DNA of 64,000 bases from the IMG/VR virus record IMGVR_UViG_3300042894_007411. One strand, written 5' to 3'. The position numbers and the translations under genes were made by a program. Origin of the DNA: a virus (Duplodnaviria; Heunggongvirae; Uroviricota; Caudoviricetes). This document shows positions 36,861 to 47,036 of this stretch, piece after piece (positions within the stretch are counted from its first letter, which is position 1; each line of letters starts with the position of its first letter). Below the pieces are notes generated by a model. It was not told where the DNA came from. It did not search any database and saw nothing but the letters and a program-made list of their open reading frames with translations.

Positions 36861-37484
36861 ATGAAACACATCCAATCCTTTTCTCTGTTCGAAGCCCAAA
36901 CTTCTGTCCTGACAACCGACCAAGAGGAATTTTTAAATGAATGCACCGACGGGACCTGGTCGGTCAACCGGCACACTGGTCTGGTCAATGTGCAAGGAGG
37001 TTTTGCTTGTAGTTTCAAAAGTCTAACGTCTCTGAATGGCATCTCGTTCGGACACGTCAGTGGTAATTTCTTCTGTTTCTACAACCATCTGACCTCCCTG
37101 GAAGGAGCACCTCAGACGGTGGGTGGGGATTTCTTCTGTGATAAAAACAGATTAACCTCCCTGGAAGGAGCACCACAAGAAATAAATGGTCGATTTCTTT
37201 GTGATGAATTTGAATTAATCAAGGGTAAATGGAACATTGAAGGATGGGCGGAGGTTCTGAACACGGGAACGGAAGAAGCCAAAAAATTGATTCTCACCCT
37301 TCCGTGGCTCCAACCGGACTGGTGGAACTCGGAACTCCAACGGGATCCAGGGAAGACGGTTCATCTATTGGCCACTGTATGGAAGAGCATGCCAAAGGAC
37401 ATGCAATCTGCAATTAAGATCCCTCGGGGATATGAAGGTGATTTCGAATTGTTTTCTGGATTTGACGAGCTGGGTTTGTTTTAA
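36861..37484 (+). CDS. short-LRR repertoire protein 8 (2 modules)
   Basis: As above. Confidence 0.9.
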   Translation: MKHIQSFSLFEAQTSVLTTDQEEFLNECTDGTWSVNRHTGLVNVQGGFACSFKSLTSLNGISFGHVSGNFFCFYNHLTSLEGAPQTVGGDFFCDKNRLTSLEGAPQEINGRFLCDEFELIKGKWNIEGWAEVLNTGTEEAKKLILTLPWLQPDWWNSELQRDPGKTVHLLATVWKSMPKDMQSAIKIPRGYEGDFELFSGFDELGLF

Positions 37485-37584
37485 AGGATAATCGCAGATC
37501 CGGAGTGAATTTTTTTTGGAAAAATTCGAAAGTTTGAGGATTTATATGTAATTTTGGGGTAAACACACTTCAAAAAAAATTGTA

Positions 37585-37977
37585 ATGAACACACCAGTAA
37601 GTTTTGAATTAGCTAAGTTGCTAAAAGAAAAAGGATTTGATGGTAATTACTTTCATTATTGGAATATGGTAAATCATAGCGGAGAATGGAAAGTAGATAC
37701 AAGTATATGGGAATATACTGACAATTATATTGAAGCACCAACCATTGCAGAAGTAGTAATGTGGTTGTATGAGAAGCATGGGATTTGGATTTATCCATTA
37801 CCTATAGATGATGATATGAAATTATGGCAAGCAAGAATTATTAAAGGTGAACCATTTAATAAATTAAGCAATACCTTAAAAATAATATCTTATGGGGAAA
37901 TTTCCTACAGAGGTATATATTCACCAACAGAAGCTTATGAAGCTGCTATCAAATACACTTTAAAAAACTTAATCTAA
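37585..37977 (+). CDS. paralog family A copy 1 (MNTPVSFELAKLLKEK...APTIAEVVMWLYEKHGIW)
   Basis: Shared termini with 38372. Confidence 0.85.
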   Translation: MNTPVSFELAKLLKEKGFDGNYFHYWNMVNHSGEWKVDTSIWEYTDNYIEAPTIAEVVMWLYEKHGIWIYPLPIDDDMKLWQARIIKGEPFNKLSNTLKIISYGEISYRGIYSPTEAYEAAIKYTLKNLI

Positions 37978-38375
37978 TGTTAGAAAAAGACTTTGTACCT
38001 TACGAACCATCCTTAGCACTCAGAGAACTTGGTTTTGACGAGCCTTGTTTTGGGTATTATGAACCTAATAAAGTGTTTAATTACATAAATTGGGAAATCT
38101 TTAAAGATTTTCCATACCTTGCAAAAAATAGTGAATGGCAAGATTTATGTGGGGCACCAACATACTCACAAGCATTCAGATGGTTTAGAGATAAGTATAA
38201 AATTCATTCAGTTATTAATCTTACTATAATTGGTACTTGGTATTTTGAATTATATGATTTGAATGATAAAAGAAATGCTGAGATTAAAACAAATCAAAAT
38301 GAATTTAAAACACCCGAAGAAGCAGAACTTGCTTGTCTTATCAAACTAATTGAAATTGTAAAAGAAAAGAAATGA
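37977..38375 (+). CDS. paralog family B copy 1 (FVPYE..LALRELGFDEPC...APTYSQAFRWFR)
   Basis: Shared termini with 38734 and 39164. Confidence 0.85.
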   Translation: MLEKDFVPYEPSLALRELGFDEPCFGYYEPNKVFNYINWEIFKDFPYLAKNSEWQDLCGAPTYSQAFRWFRDKYKIHSVINLTIIGTWYFELYDLNDKRNAEIKTNQNEFKTPEEAELACLIKLIEIVKEKK

Positions 38376-38737
38376 ACACACCAGTAAGTTTTGAATTAGC
38401 TAAGTTGCTAAAAGAAAAAGAGTTTGAACAAAAAACAAAATCATATAATGAAGATGGTAAACTAGTTACCGTTTCTTTAACTATAAGAAGATTCAACCCA
38501 GAAAAAATTTATTATCCAGCACCAACCATTGCAGAAGTAGTAATGTGGTTGTATGAGAAACATGGGATTTGGATTGAGGCAAGCTTAAATCAATTCTCTA
38601 AACCTAAAGATTTACACTGGATGTACTCTATAACATTTACACAGAATTGTACTTATTCTCATAGTCCTAAATCATATAAATCACCAACAGAAGCATACGA
38701 AGCTGCTATTGAATACACTTTAAATAACTTGTTATGA
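38372..38737 (+). CDS. paralog family A copy 2
   Basis: As above. Confidence 0.85.
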   Translation: MNTPVSFELAKLLKEKEFEQKTKSYNEDGKLVTVSLTIRRFNPEKIYYPAPTIAEVVMWLYEKHGIWIEASLNQFSKPKDLHWMYSITFTQNCTYSHSPKSYKSPTEAYEAAIEYTLNNLL

Positions 38738-39171
38738 ACTCCTTAGAAAAAGAATTTGTCCCTTATGAACAAGCCTTAGCACTTAAAGAACTTGGGTTTG
38801 ATGAACCTTGTTTAATGAGGATATGGTGGCTCAATAGTGTTCATAAAGACACAATAATACCTTTTGAACCACATATTTCTATAAATGGTAGAGATATTAA
38901 CTTTGAATATTCTTTACCAAAGAAACACCCTTCAACAGAATTTGTTGCATTAGAATTACAAGTACCAACATTCTCACAAGCATTCAGATGGTTTAGAAAA
39001 AACCATAAATTAGGTGCAATTGTTAGTCAGTTTGGCTATGGTATAGAAGATGAGTATGGACAAATTATTTACAACATTGATGATGACGAAAAACCATTAT
39101 GCTATGAAGAAGCAGAACTTGCTTGTTTAATCAAACTAATTGGAATTGTAAAAGAAAAGAAAAATGGATAA
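38734..39171 (+). CDS. paralog family B copy 2
   Basis: As above. Confidence 0.85.
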   Translation: MNSLEKEFVPYEQALALKELGFDEPCLMRIWWLNSVHKDTIIPFEPHISINGRDINFEYSLPKKHPSTEFVALELQVPTFSQAFRWFRKNHKLGAIVSQFGYGIEDEYGQIIYNIDDDEKPLCYEEAELACLIKLIGIVKEKKNG

Positions 39172-39556
39172 AGAATTTGTACTCTACGAACAAGCCTTAG
39201 CACTCAGAGAACTTGGGTTTGATGAACCTTGTATTTGTGGTTATTCAAAAAGTAATGAAAAACTTGAAATTTATTCTAGATTTTTAGTTACAAAAGATAG
39301 TTTTACTGTTGATGCACCAACATTCTCACAAGCATTCAGATGGTTTAGAGAGAAGCATAATCTAAGAGAGTTTATTGGATTTAGACCAAATGTTAAAAAG
39401 TTTGCTTTCCACATCTATGATATGTCATTATCAGGTATGGAGTATGTTAAACAAAGAACAATGGAAGAATTTAATAAAGACCCTAAAGTTGGAACCTACG
39501 AAGAAGCTGAACTTGGTTGTTTAATCAAACTAATTGAAATTGTGAAAAACAAATAG
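39164..39556 (+). CDS. paralog family B copy 3
   Basis: As above. Confidence 0.85.
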   Translation: MDKEFVLYEQALALRELGFDEPCICGYSKSNEKLEIYSRFLVTKDSFTVDAPTFSQAFRWFREKHNLREFIGFRPNVKKFAFHIYDMSLSGMEYVKQRTMEEFNKDPKVGTYEEAELGCLIKLIEIVKNK

Positions 39557-39557
39557 A

Positions 39558-40199
39558 ATGAAAAACATACACGTATTGCCAACAGACAAACCAAGTAGGT
39601 TAGGACAAGTATATGAAAAGTTATCTTTTTTTAAAGATAGAACTTGGGATAATACTGAAAATTGGAGGTGTAAAAACATCTACATCACTAATGATGAAGA
39701 AATTAAAGAAGGAGATTGGTTTTATGATTTAGGTACCAAGTATATTAAGATTAAACAATCTTGGGAAAATTCACATTTAGATTTTAATGGTAAAAAAATA
39801 ATCCTAACAACAGACCAAGATTTAATCAAAGATGGTGTACAAGCTATTGACGATGAATTTTTAGAGTGGTTTGTTAAGAATCCAAGTTGTGAGAGTGTTC
39901 ATGTATATAATCAAACTCAGGTTGGTTATCAATATGATGGATATCATTATATTCTACCAGAATATAATCAAGAAACACTTGAAGAAGCTGCTGAAAATTA
40001 TGTTAGAAATGAGCCAGATGCTACTCTGAAACTAATTAGTAAGTATTCTTTTAAAGATGGTACTAAATGGCAAGCAGAAACAATGTATAGTGAGGAAGAA
40101 GTATTCAATCTATGTCGTGAGTTTGCAATATTTGTACAGCGTAACGGGCCGAGTTATAAGAAACAACAAGAATGGTTTGAACAATTTAAAAAGAAATAA
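39558..40199 (+). CDS. hypothetical phage protein (MKNIHVLPTDKPSRL...KIILTTDQDLI...ETLEEAA)
   Basis: 213 aa. Confidence 0.85.
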   Translation: MKNIHVLPTDKPSRLGQVYEKLSFFKDRTWDNTENWRCKNIYITNDEEIKEGDWFYDLGTKYIKIKQSWENSHLDFNGKKIILTTDQDLIKDGVQAIDDEFLEWFVKNPSCESVHVYNQTQVGYQYDGYHYILPEYNQETLEEAAENYVRNEPDATLKLISKYSFKDGTKWQAETMYSEEEVFNLCREFAIFVQRNGPSYKKQQEWFEQFKKK

Positions 40200-40547
40200 G
40201 ATATGAATAACAATTTAGAATTTGAAAATGAAGACCCATCTCCTGATAGTATAGAAGACAATCATCCAAGAACTAATTATGGAGAAGGTTATGGTGGTAA
40301 AGAAACACTTGAAGAAGTTGCCCATGAAATGCTTGTTGATTATGGAATTAAGTCAATAGGTCAAAGTATAGGAGTTTTCTCAGTTAAAAAACTTATGGTG
40401 AATATGGCTAAATGGCAAGCTGAAAGAAGGTATAGTGAGGAAGAAGTATTCAATCTATGTCGTGAGTTTGCAATATTTGTACAGCGTAACGGGCCGAGTT
40501 ATAAGAAACAACAAGAGTGGTTTGAACAATTTAAAAAGAAATAAGAT
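40085..40547. repeat. 118-bp direct repeat (40085-40202, 40430-40547; one mismatch) giving two genes the same C-terminus
   Basis: YSEEEVFNLCREFAIFVQRNGPSYKKQQEWFEQFKKK in both. Confidence 0.9.
40203..40544 (+). CDS. hypothetical protein sharing its C-terminus with the upstream gene
   Basis: 113 aa. Confidence 0.8.
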   Translation: MNNNLEFENEDPSPDSIEDNHPRTNYGEGYGGKETLEEVAHEMLVDYGIKSIGQSIGVFSVKKLMVNMAKWQAERRYSEEEVFNLCREFAIFVQRNGPSYKKQQEWFEQFKKK

Positions 40548-41250
40548 GATACACAAACTAATCCACACGCCCAATTACCTGTTGGTGGTTGATGATTCAG
40601 AGATTAAAAAAGGGGATAAATCACTTCTAAATATAGAAGGATTTGTACCAATGATATTAACTAATCATGAACCTATTGAAGAGGGATATGAAGGTAAAAA
40701 AATCATCGCCCACCTACCACTCAACAACTCACCAATTCTTGAAGGAGTGGATTTGTTAGCACCGTTGGAGACAGAAGATTTTAATCCTACTGGTGAATAT
40801 ACTAAAGAGTACATGTCTTCTTTGATGTTTGATGGCAAATCATTTGTATCGGATGTTCTGTTAGCAACAAGAGTAGGTTACAACAAAGCCAAAAAGAAGT
40901 ACAAGTACACATTGAAGGATATAAATATTATGGTAAACAATTGCGTTACATTTGCTATATCAAACACACACCTATCAGTAGGTGAGTATGCAACGAAATT
41001 CAAAGATTTCTATGATAAGTGCATCCAATCACTCAACCTTTCCGAATTACCTACTTCTTTTGAGTGTGAGATTGAGCATTTTTATATGTCAAACAAAGAG
41101 TTTTACAAAGATGCAGGTTGGGTTAAGTGTGATGAGGCTCAATATAAAAGCATCAAAGAAGAAATACCTACCTGTCCTTTGAAAAAATTACATAAGGAAA
41201 CCACAACACCTGAAGGTCATACCCAATGGGTAGGCAAATACATGTACTAA
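40546..41250 (+). CDS. hypothetical phage protein (KIIAHLPLNNSPILEGVDLL)
   Basis: Start MIHKLI at 40546. Confidence 0.85.
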   Translation: MIHKLIHTPNYLLVVDDSEIKKGDKSLLNIEGFVPMILTNHEPIEEGYEGKKIIAHLPLNNSPILEGVDLLAPLETEDFNPTGEYTKEYMSSLMFDGKSFVSDVLLATRVGYNKAKKKYKYTLKDINIMVNNCVTFAISNTHLSVGEYATKFKDFYDKCIQSLNLSELPTSFECEIEHFYMSNKEFYKDAGWVKCDEAQYKSIKEEIPTCPLKKLHKETTTPEGHTQWVGKYMY

Positions 41251-41414
41251 ACAACCCAACCAATAAAAATATACACAGAAGAATTGGATTGGGATAGAAT
41301 CCATAGAAGAATCAAAACAAAAAATGTTTTTACTTGCTAAACCAAAAGAACTTTTTAATTTTTATGATAAGCCAGGAAAAACTTTGGATTGGCTTTAAGA
41401 GATAAAATCTGCAC

Positions 41415-41993
41415 TCAAATTTGATTTTGAATGGCTTTTCTCATCTGATTCAGATTGGTGGGCTCTATTCTGTATTTGAAAAATTTGATGTTGTTGTATT
41501 GCGGAAATTCTTTTTTAAATTCGGGGGTTATATCTAACACTTCCCTTATTTTCACTCCAAACTTATTCACATTTTTTTTCATGATGGAATCGTAAATGTT
41601 TGGACGTCTGAAGTCTCCTTGGTATTCCAATTTTGAGCCTATCACAATTGAAACAATTCTTTCGTTTCCCGGATATTCTTGTAACCATTCCTTCACAACA
41701 CCCACTAAGTTAGACATAACCTCGAGCATGTTGTTCTTGTTTGTCATTTCTACTGAAATTTCATCTTCCACAATCCTACCAAAATCTATTTTGAGTGCAG
41801 AATCCCCCTGGGAATTGGAAATGATCTGAATGACTACCTGATAGGGATCATCTCCAATTTGGAAATCGTAGAAAAAAGTTTTTCCGGTTTTTCCCCCGTC
41901 TATGGGACGAGTCAATGATGATTTTTTTATTTGGTGGGGTGTCTTTATTCTGTCCCCTATTTCATTCAGTTTAAATTCTGTAAAAGATTTCAT
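41415..41993 (-). CDS. hypothetical protein, MKSFTEFKLNE N-terminus
   Basis: 192 aa; N-terminus resembles the T4 capsid-targeting sequence. Confidence 0.8.
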   Translation of the reverse strand: MKSFTEFKLNEIGDRIKTPHQIKKSSLTRPIDGGKTGKTFFYDFQIGDDPYQVVIQIISNSQGDSALKIDFGRIVEDEISVEMTNKNNMLEVMSNLVGVVKEWLQEYPGNERIVSIVIGSKLEYQGDFRRPNIYDSIMKKNVNKFGVKIREVLDITPEFKKEFPQYNNIKFFKYRIEPTNLNQMRKAIQNQI

Positions 41994-42202
41994 TCGTTTG
42001 TTTTTACCTAGGTGAACAAAATTTTCCTTCGGTTGATTTTTTTTCTGTATATGTATCCTCTAAATCCCAGAAGTTGTCATGGTGTAAAACAAATTGAAAT
42101 GCGGAATGTTCCCCTTTATTTGGCAGGCCGGGGTTCTTGGAGATCCGACGATTTTAACCCCCATTGTTAAGAAGTGTCAGTTGTTCCTCTGATATATAGG
42201 AC

Positions 42203-43084
42203 ATGAAACATCTGATTCCATTTAGGATCTACGAATCCCAGACGACTTCAGGTCTTACGGAGGGACAGAAGGAATTCTTGAACAAATACACACGAGGAAC
42301 CTGGTCCGTCAATCCAACAACAGGTTTGGTGGATATAGATGGGTATTTTGATTGTTCAGGTAGTAAAATTAAAAACTTTATGGGAATTCAATTTGGTGAA
42401 GTGACACGATCTTTTGATTGCGAGTCTAACCTTTTAACTTCTTTGGAAGGATCGCCCAGGTTCGTGCGTGGTACTTTTAGATGTAACAATAACTCTATCA
42501 CCTCTTTGGAAGGATCTCCCCAAACTGTAGGGGGGGATTTCCTTTGCAGCAAAAACTCACTTTCTTCGATTAAAGGAGCTCCAAGAAAAGTTGGTGAGGA
42601 TTTTTGGTGCAATGATAATGATATAGAAACACTAGAGGGTGGTCCAGATATTGTTGGTAAAGATTTTGAATGCGAAAATAACCATCTGAGCTCTCTTAAG
42701 GGATCACCAAAAACGATTCCGGGAGATTTTTATTGTTATGGAAACCCTTTATTAATTTCTCTCGAAGGAGCACCACAGACTATAGATGGGATTTTCTTCC
42801 ACGACAAAATAAAAATGAAAAAAGGAGAATGGAACATGCGAGGATGGGTGGAGGTTCTGAACACAGGATCAGAAAAAGACAAAAAATTGATTCTCACCCT
42901 GCCATGGCTCCAATCGGACTGGTGGAACTTGGAACTCCAAAGAGATCCTGGGAAGACGGTTCATCTATTGGCCAATGTATGGAATCTTATTCCAAAGAAC
43001 ATGCAATCTGCAATTAAGATTCCTAAAGGATATGAAGATGATTTCGAACTGTTTTCCGGATTTAACGAGCTGGGTTTGTTTTAA
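42203..43084 (+). CDS. short-LRR repertoire protein 9 (6 diverged modules)
   Basis: Same caps; modules diverged at the DNA level. Confidence 0.9.
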   Translation: MKHLIPFRIYESQTTSGLTEGQKEFLNKYTRGTWSVNPTTGLVDIDGYFDCSGSKIKNFMGIQFGEVTRSFDCESNLLTSLEGSPRFVRGTFRCNNNSITSLEGSPQTVGGDFLCSKNSLSSIKGAPRKVGEDFWCNDNDIETLEGGPDIVGKDFECENNHLSSLKGSPKTIPGDFYCYGNPLLISLEGAPQTIDGIFFHDKIKMKKGEWNMRGWVEVLNTGSEKDKKLILTLPWLQSDWWNLELQRDPGKTVHLLANVWNLIPKNMQSAIKIPKGYEDDFELFSGFNELGLF

Positions 43085-43098
43085 AGGATATATAGAAC

Positions 43099-43671
43099 AT
43101 GAAACACCTGAAATTATTCGAAAATTTCACGAAAGATGATTTGGATAATTTGATTTCGGGATTTGAGGAACTCGGAATTAACAAAAAGAAATTTCTCAGA
43201 ATTAAATTTGTTGGTATTTACGTAACTGAATCTGATAGAACAAATGAAGCTGATTTCAGATTTCATAATGATAGAATTTTGAGGATCCCAATTTCGGAAT
43301 TTGAAAAAGAAGATTTAGAACCCGGCAAAGAATCTTTTTCGAAAACCCTCCAAGATTCGGTTTTATATGCCATCAGAAATGGTGAAGCCGAAGTAAATCC
43401 AGATTGTGTGGGTGAATTATATATTGGCGAAACTTTTGATCCTAGTACCTTAATCTCCGTCGCCGAAAAAACACAAACCCTGGATGGATTTTGGGATCTT
43501 GTCACCCAATATTTATATGATGTTGGAACTGATATCATTTATGACCATTTCAGTAATGAAGGTATAATGGAAGAATTCGCTGATTTTTTCTTTGACGAAT
43601 GCAAGAATTTAAAGCCAAAATTTTGGATAGAAAAAGAAGGTGAAAAATGGGGGGAAATCAGTAAAATATAA
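43099..43671 (+). CDS. MKHLKLFENF / ISGFEELG protein
   Basis: 190 aa, acidic. Confidence 0.85.
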   Translation: MKHLKLFENFTKDDLDNLISGFEELGINKKKFLRIKFVGIYVTESDRTNEADFRFHNDRILRIPISEFEKEDLEPGKESFSKTLQDSVLYAIRNGEAEVNPDCVGELYIGETFDPSTLISVAEKTQTLDGFWDLVTQYLYDVGTDIIYDHFSNEGIMEEFADFFFDECKNLKPKFWIEKEGEKWGEISKI

Positions 43672-43675
43672 AGAC

Positions 43676-44428
43676 ATGAAACATCTTCTCCCATTTAGGA
43701 TATACGAATCCCAGACGACTTCAGGTCTGACCGAGGAACAGCAGGAATTCTTGAACAAATACACCGAAGGAACCTGGTCTGTCAATCCAACAACAGGTTT
43801 GGTGGACGTTCAGGGTGATTTTAACTGTAGTTCCGAAAGACTGAAGTCTCTGCTGGACATCCATTTCGGACATGTGGTTGGGAATTTCAACTGTTACGAC
43901 AACCGACTGACCTCGCTGGCGGGAGCACCCCAGACGGTGGGTGGGAATTTCAACTGTTACAACAACAAACTGACCTCCCTGGAAGGATCACCTCAGACGG
44001 TGGGTGGGGATTTCAATTGCTTTTTTAACGATCTTAAATCCTTGGAAGGAGCACCTCAGACGGTGGGCGGGAATTTCGATTTCTCTCCTAACGATCTTAA
44101 ATCCTTGGAAGGAGCACCCTATACGATAAATGGGATTTTTATTTCTGACGAATTCAAATTAGATGCTGGCAAATGGAACATGGCAGGATGGCTGAAGGTT
44201 CTCAACACAGGAACAGAAGAAGCCAAAAAATTGATTCTCACCCTGCCATGGCTCCAACCGGACTGGTGGAACTTGGAACTCCAACGGGATCCAGGCAAAA
44301 CAGTCCATCTGTTGGGGTCTTTATGGAACCACTTGCCAAAGAACATTCAATCTGCAATCAAGATTCCTAAGGGATATGAAGATCAGATGGATCTGTTTTC
44401 TGGATTCGACGAGCTGGGTTTGTTTTAG
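43676..44428 (+). CDS. short-LRR repertoire protein 10 (4 modules)
   Basis: Start MKHLLP at 43676. Confidence 0.9.
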   Translation: MKHLLPFRIYESQTTSGLTEEQQEFLNKYTEGTWSVNPTTGLVDVQGDFNCSSERLKSLLDIHFGHVVGNFNCYDNRLTSLAGAPQTVGGNFNCYNNKLTSLEGSPQTVGGDFNCFFNDLKSLEGAPQTVGGNFDFSPNDLKSLEGAPYTINGIFISDEFKLDAGKWNMAGWLKVLNTGTEEAKKLILTLPWLQPDWWNLELQRDPGKTVHLLGSLWNHLPKNIQSAIKIPKGYEDQMDLFSGFDELGLF

Positions 44429-44443
44429 AGGATACATAAGGAC

Positions 44444-45637
44444 ATGAAACACATTCAATCCTTTTCCCTGTTCGAAGCTCGGAAGACTTCAGGCCTGACC
44501 CAAAAGCAAAAGACTTTCTTGACCAAATACACAATGGGCAGCTGGACATATAATCCGGCCACTGGGATGGTAGATGTGGAGGGAAATTTTGACTGTAGTT
44601 TCAAATTCATAAAGTCTCTGCCTGGCATCTCGTTCGGACATGTGAGTGGGAATTTTGATTGTTCCGGCAATCAGCTGACCTCCCTGGCAGGAGCACCCCA
44701 GACGGTGGATGGGGGTTTCTTCTGTTCCAGCAACCAACTGACCTCCCTGGAAGGAGCACCTCAGACGGTGGATGGGACTTTCAACTGTTCCAACAACAAG
44801 CTGACCTCCCTGGAAGGAGCACCTCAGACGGTTGGCGGGGATTTTTCCTGTACTTATAACAATCTCACTTCCCTGGAAGGAGTACCTCAGACGGTAGGAG
44901 GTGATTTCTACTGTTATCACAACCAACTGACCTCCCTGGCAGGAGCACCACAGACGGTGGATGGGGATTTCTACTGTGAAAACAACCAGCTGACCTCCCT
45001 GGAAGGAGCACCCCAGACGGTGAACGGGAATTTCCACTGTTTCTACAACCGGCTGTCCTCCCTGGAAGGAGCACCCCAGACGTTGGATGGGGATTTCGAA
45101 TGTGGATTTAACCAACTGACCTCTCTGGCAGGAGCTCCCCAGACGTTGGATGGGGATTTCGGATGTGATAACAACCGACTGACCTCCCTAGAAGGAGCTC
45201 CCCAGACGTTGGATGGGAATTTCAAATGTGATAACAACCGACTGACCTCCCTAAAAGGAGCACCCCAGACGGTGGGTGGGTATTTCATGTGTTTCTACAA
45301 CCCGCTGTCCTCCCTGAAAGGATCACCCCAGACGGTGGTTGGGAATTTTTGGTGTGACGAATTCGATTTAGATCCAGGCAAATGGAACATGGAAGGATGG
45401 CTGGAGGTTCTGGACACTAGATCAGAAGAAGCCAAAAAATTGATTCTCACCCTTCTATGGCTCCAACCGGACTGGTGGAACCAGGAACTCCAAAGGGATC
45501 CAGGGAAAACAGTTCATCTATTGGCCACTGTATGGAAACATATGCCAAAGGACATGCAATCTGCAATTAAGATTCCTAAGGGATATGAAGATGATTTCGA
45601 ACTGTTTACTGGATTTGACGAGCTGGACTTGTTTTGA
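44444..45637 (+). CDS. short-LRR repertoire protein 11 (11 modules)
   Basis: 397 aa, i.e. the 2-module scaffold plus 9 x 21 aa. Confidence 0.9.
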   Translation: MKHIQSFSLFEARKTSGLTQKQKTFLTKYTMGSWTYNPATGMVDVEGNFDCSFKFIKSLPGISFGHVSGNFDCSGNQLTSLAGAPQTVDGGFFCSSNQLTSLEGAPQTVDGTFNCSNNKLTSLEGAPQTVGGDFSCTYNNLTSLEGVPQTVGGDFYCYHNQLTSLAGAPQTVDGDFYCENNQLTSLEGAPQTVNGNFHCFYNRLSSLEGAPQTLDGDFECGFNQLTSLAGAPQTLDGDFGCDNNRLTSLEGAPQTLDGNFKCDNNRLTSLKGAPQTVGGYFMCFYNPLSSLKGSPQTVVGNFWCDEFDLDPGKWNMEGWLEVLDTRSEEAKKLILTLLWLQPDWWNQELQRDPGKTVHLLATVWKHMPKDMQSAIKIPKGYEDDFELFTGFDELDLF

Positions 45638-45745
45638 TTAATGCCCAGATAGAAAATTATTATTGGATAGAAGCAAAAAGTTATTTTGCTGAGAAGATAT
45701 ATAAATTTATTTGCTAAAATAAAAAAAAATTAAACACAAACAAAT

Positions 45746-46402
45746 ATGCCATTGATTTCTTGGAATTCTTTTTGTTCTAGTAATATCGAATATTTAAATG
45801 AATCCGATGAATTAGAAACATTAATTGGGGGTTTTGAAGATTTGGGTTTTTCCGAAAAAAGATGGTCCTGGTCTGAAATTGAATCCGCCTGGCATAAAAT
45901 TATGTGGGAAGGAATTTTTAATTTTGATGTTAACCACACCATATCAAGATTAAATTGCACATTGGCAGGCAATAATTTAAGGGTTGAAGTCTACAAACCA
46001 TTTTCTGTAACTATCAATCAAAAAGTTTTCATCAAATACTTTACCTCTAATTTACAAAAAATTCCTTCTTCTGGAAAACGAATTGAAAGTTTCACCTTAA
46101 ACCAAATTTTAGAAACTTTAGATAAAATGGCAAGGGGGTTTTCCATACAATACGGACAAATTGAAGAAATTTTTGTTCATCTATTGGATGAATTGCGCCA
46201 GGATGAAAAAAACCCCAATCTTTGGTTGAAACTTAAGGTAGATTTGGACCCCGAAACGGATCAGGCGGGAAACTCTAATTTCCGATTATCTTTGTCAGAA
46301 ATGAAAGTAGATCCTAATTGGGACCAGGTGGCGGATATAATGTGTGATCCAAGAATGCTTAAAGAATTTAAACGCAATTTGTATGAAAAAGCGGGAATCT
46401 AA
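45746..46402 (+). CDS. GFEDLG-family protein (subfamily 1)
   Basis: LIGGFEDLGFSEKRWSWSEI. Confidence 0.85.
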   Translation: MPLISWNSFCSSNIEYLNESDELETLIGGFEDLGFSEKRWSWSEIESAWHKIMWEGIFNFDVNHTISRLNCTLAGNNLRVEVYKPFSVTINQKVFIKYFTSNLQKIPSSGKRIESFTLNQILETLDKMARGFSIQYGQIEEIFVHLLDELRQDEKNPNLWLKLKVDLDPETDQAGNSNFRLSLSEMKVDPNWDQVADIMCDPRMLKEFKRNLYEKAGI

Positions 46403-47036
46403 AATTAGGTCGTTCTCTTCCTTTCGAGAATCTGAGGATTTTGACGATGTTTTATTCGGATTCGAGGAACTTGGTTTATCAGAAAAAACCTACTCTTGGT
46501 CACAGATTTTGGAAGTTTGGGGTAATTTACGTTGGCTAAAAACAATTGTGGAAATAAGTATCCAAAAGCGGGCAGCACAAAATCGAAAACAATTGTCTGT
46601 AAAATTTGACGAACGTCAGATAAAACTAGAAATTGAATTTGAAGGAAGATTCGAGGTAGAAATTGATGTGGATTTTTTATCAGAAGAATTAGAAAATTCA
46701 TTGGCTGTTCTTCCCGTTGATAAGACAACTGGATCTGAACCTAGATTTACGGAAAACCACATAATCGAAACTTTGTCTCATTCCGACCTGGAAGAACAGA
46801 TTCAAGATGCAATTAATGATAGACAGCAAAAAGAAAATTCAAACTGGTGGGTTGAAATATATAATTACAAAACAGGAGATCCGGAGAATGATGTTATACA
46901 TAATGGACCGGCGGAAATTGATTTTCATTTAGAAGCTGAATTGGCTGTAAAAAAAACAGAGTTTAATGAGATTATGATGTCCGAAAAAATGGTAAAATGG
47001 CTCAAAAAAACACTTGAAAAATCAACATATACATGA
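46383..47036 (+). CDS. GFEDLG-family protein (subfamily 1)
   Basis: Start MKKRES at 46383; VLFGFEELGLSEKTYSWSQI. Confidence 0.85.
   Translation: MKKRESKIRSFSSFRESEDFDDVLFGFEELGLSEKTYSWSQILEVWGNLRWLKTIVEISIQKRAAQNRKQLSVKFDERQIKLEIEFEGRFEVEIDVDFLSEELENSLAVLPVDKTTGSEPRFTENHIIETLSHSDLEEQIQDAINDRQQKENSNWWVEIYNYKTGDPENDVIHNGPAEIDFHLEAELAVKKTEFNEIMMSEKMVKWLKKTLEKSTYT

Noticed and set aside
31013-45288. Long antisense and alternate-frame ORFs over the LRR genes (e.g. 31013-31651, 36042-36575, 44489-45115)
   Set aside because: Shadow ORFs caused by stop-poor repeat codons; they lack promoters and consistent termini.
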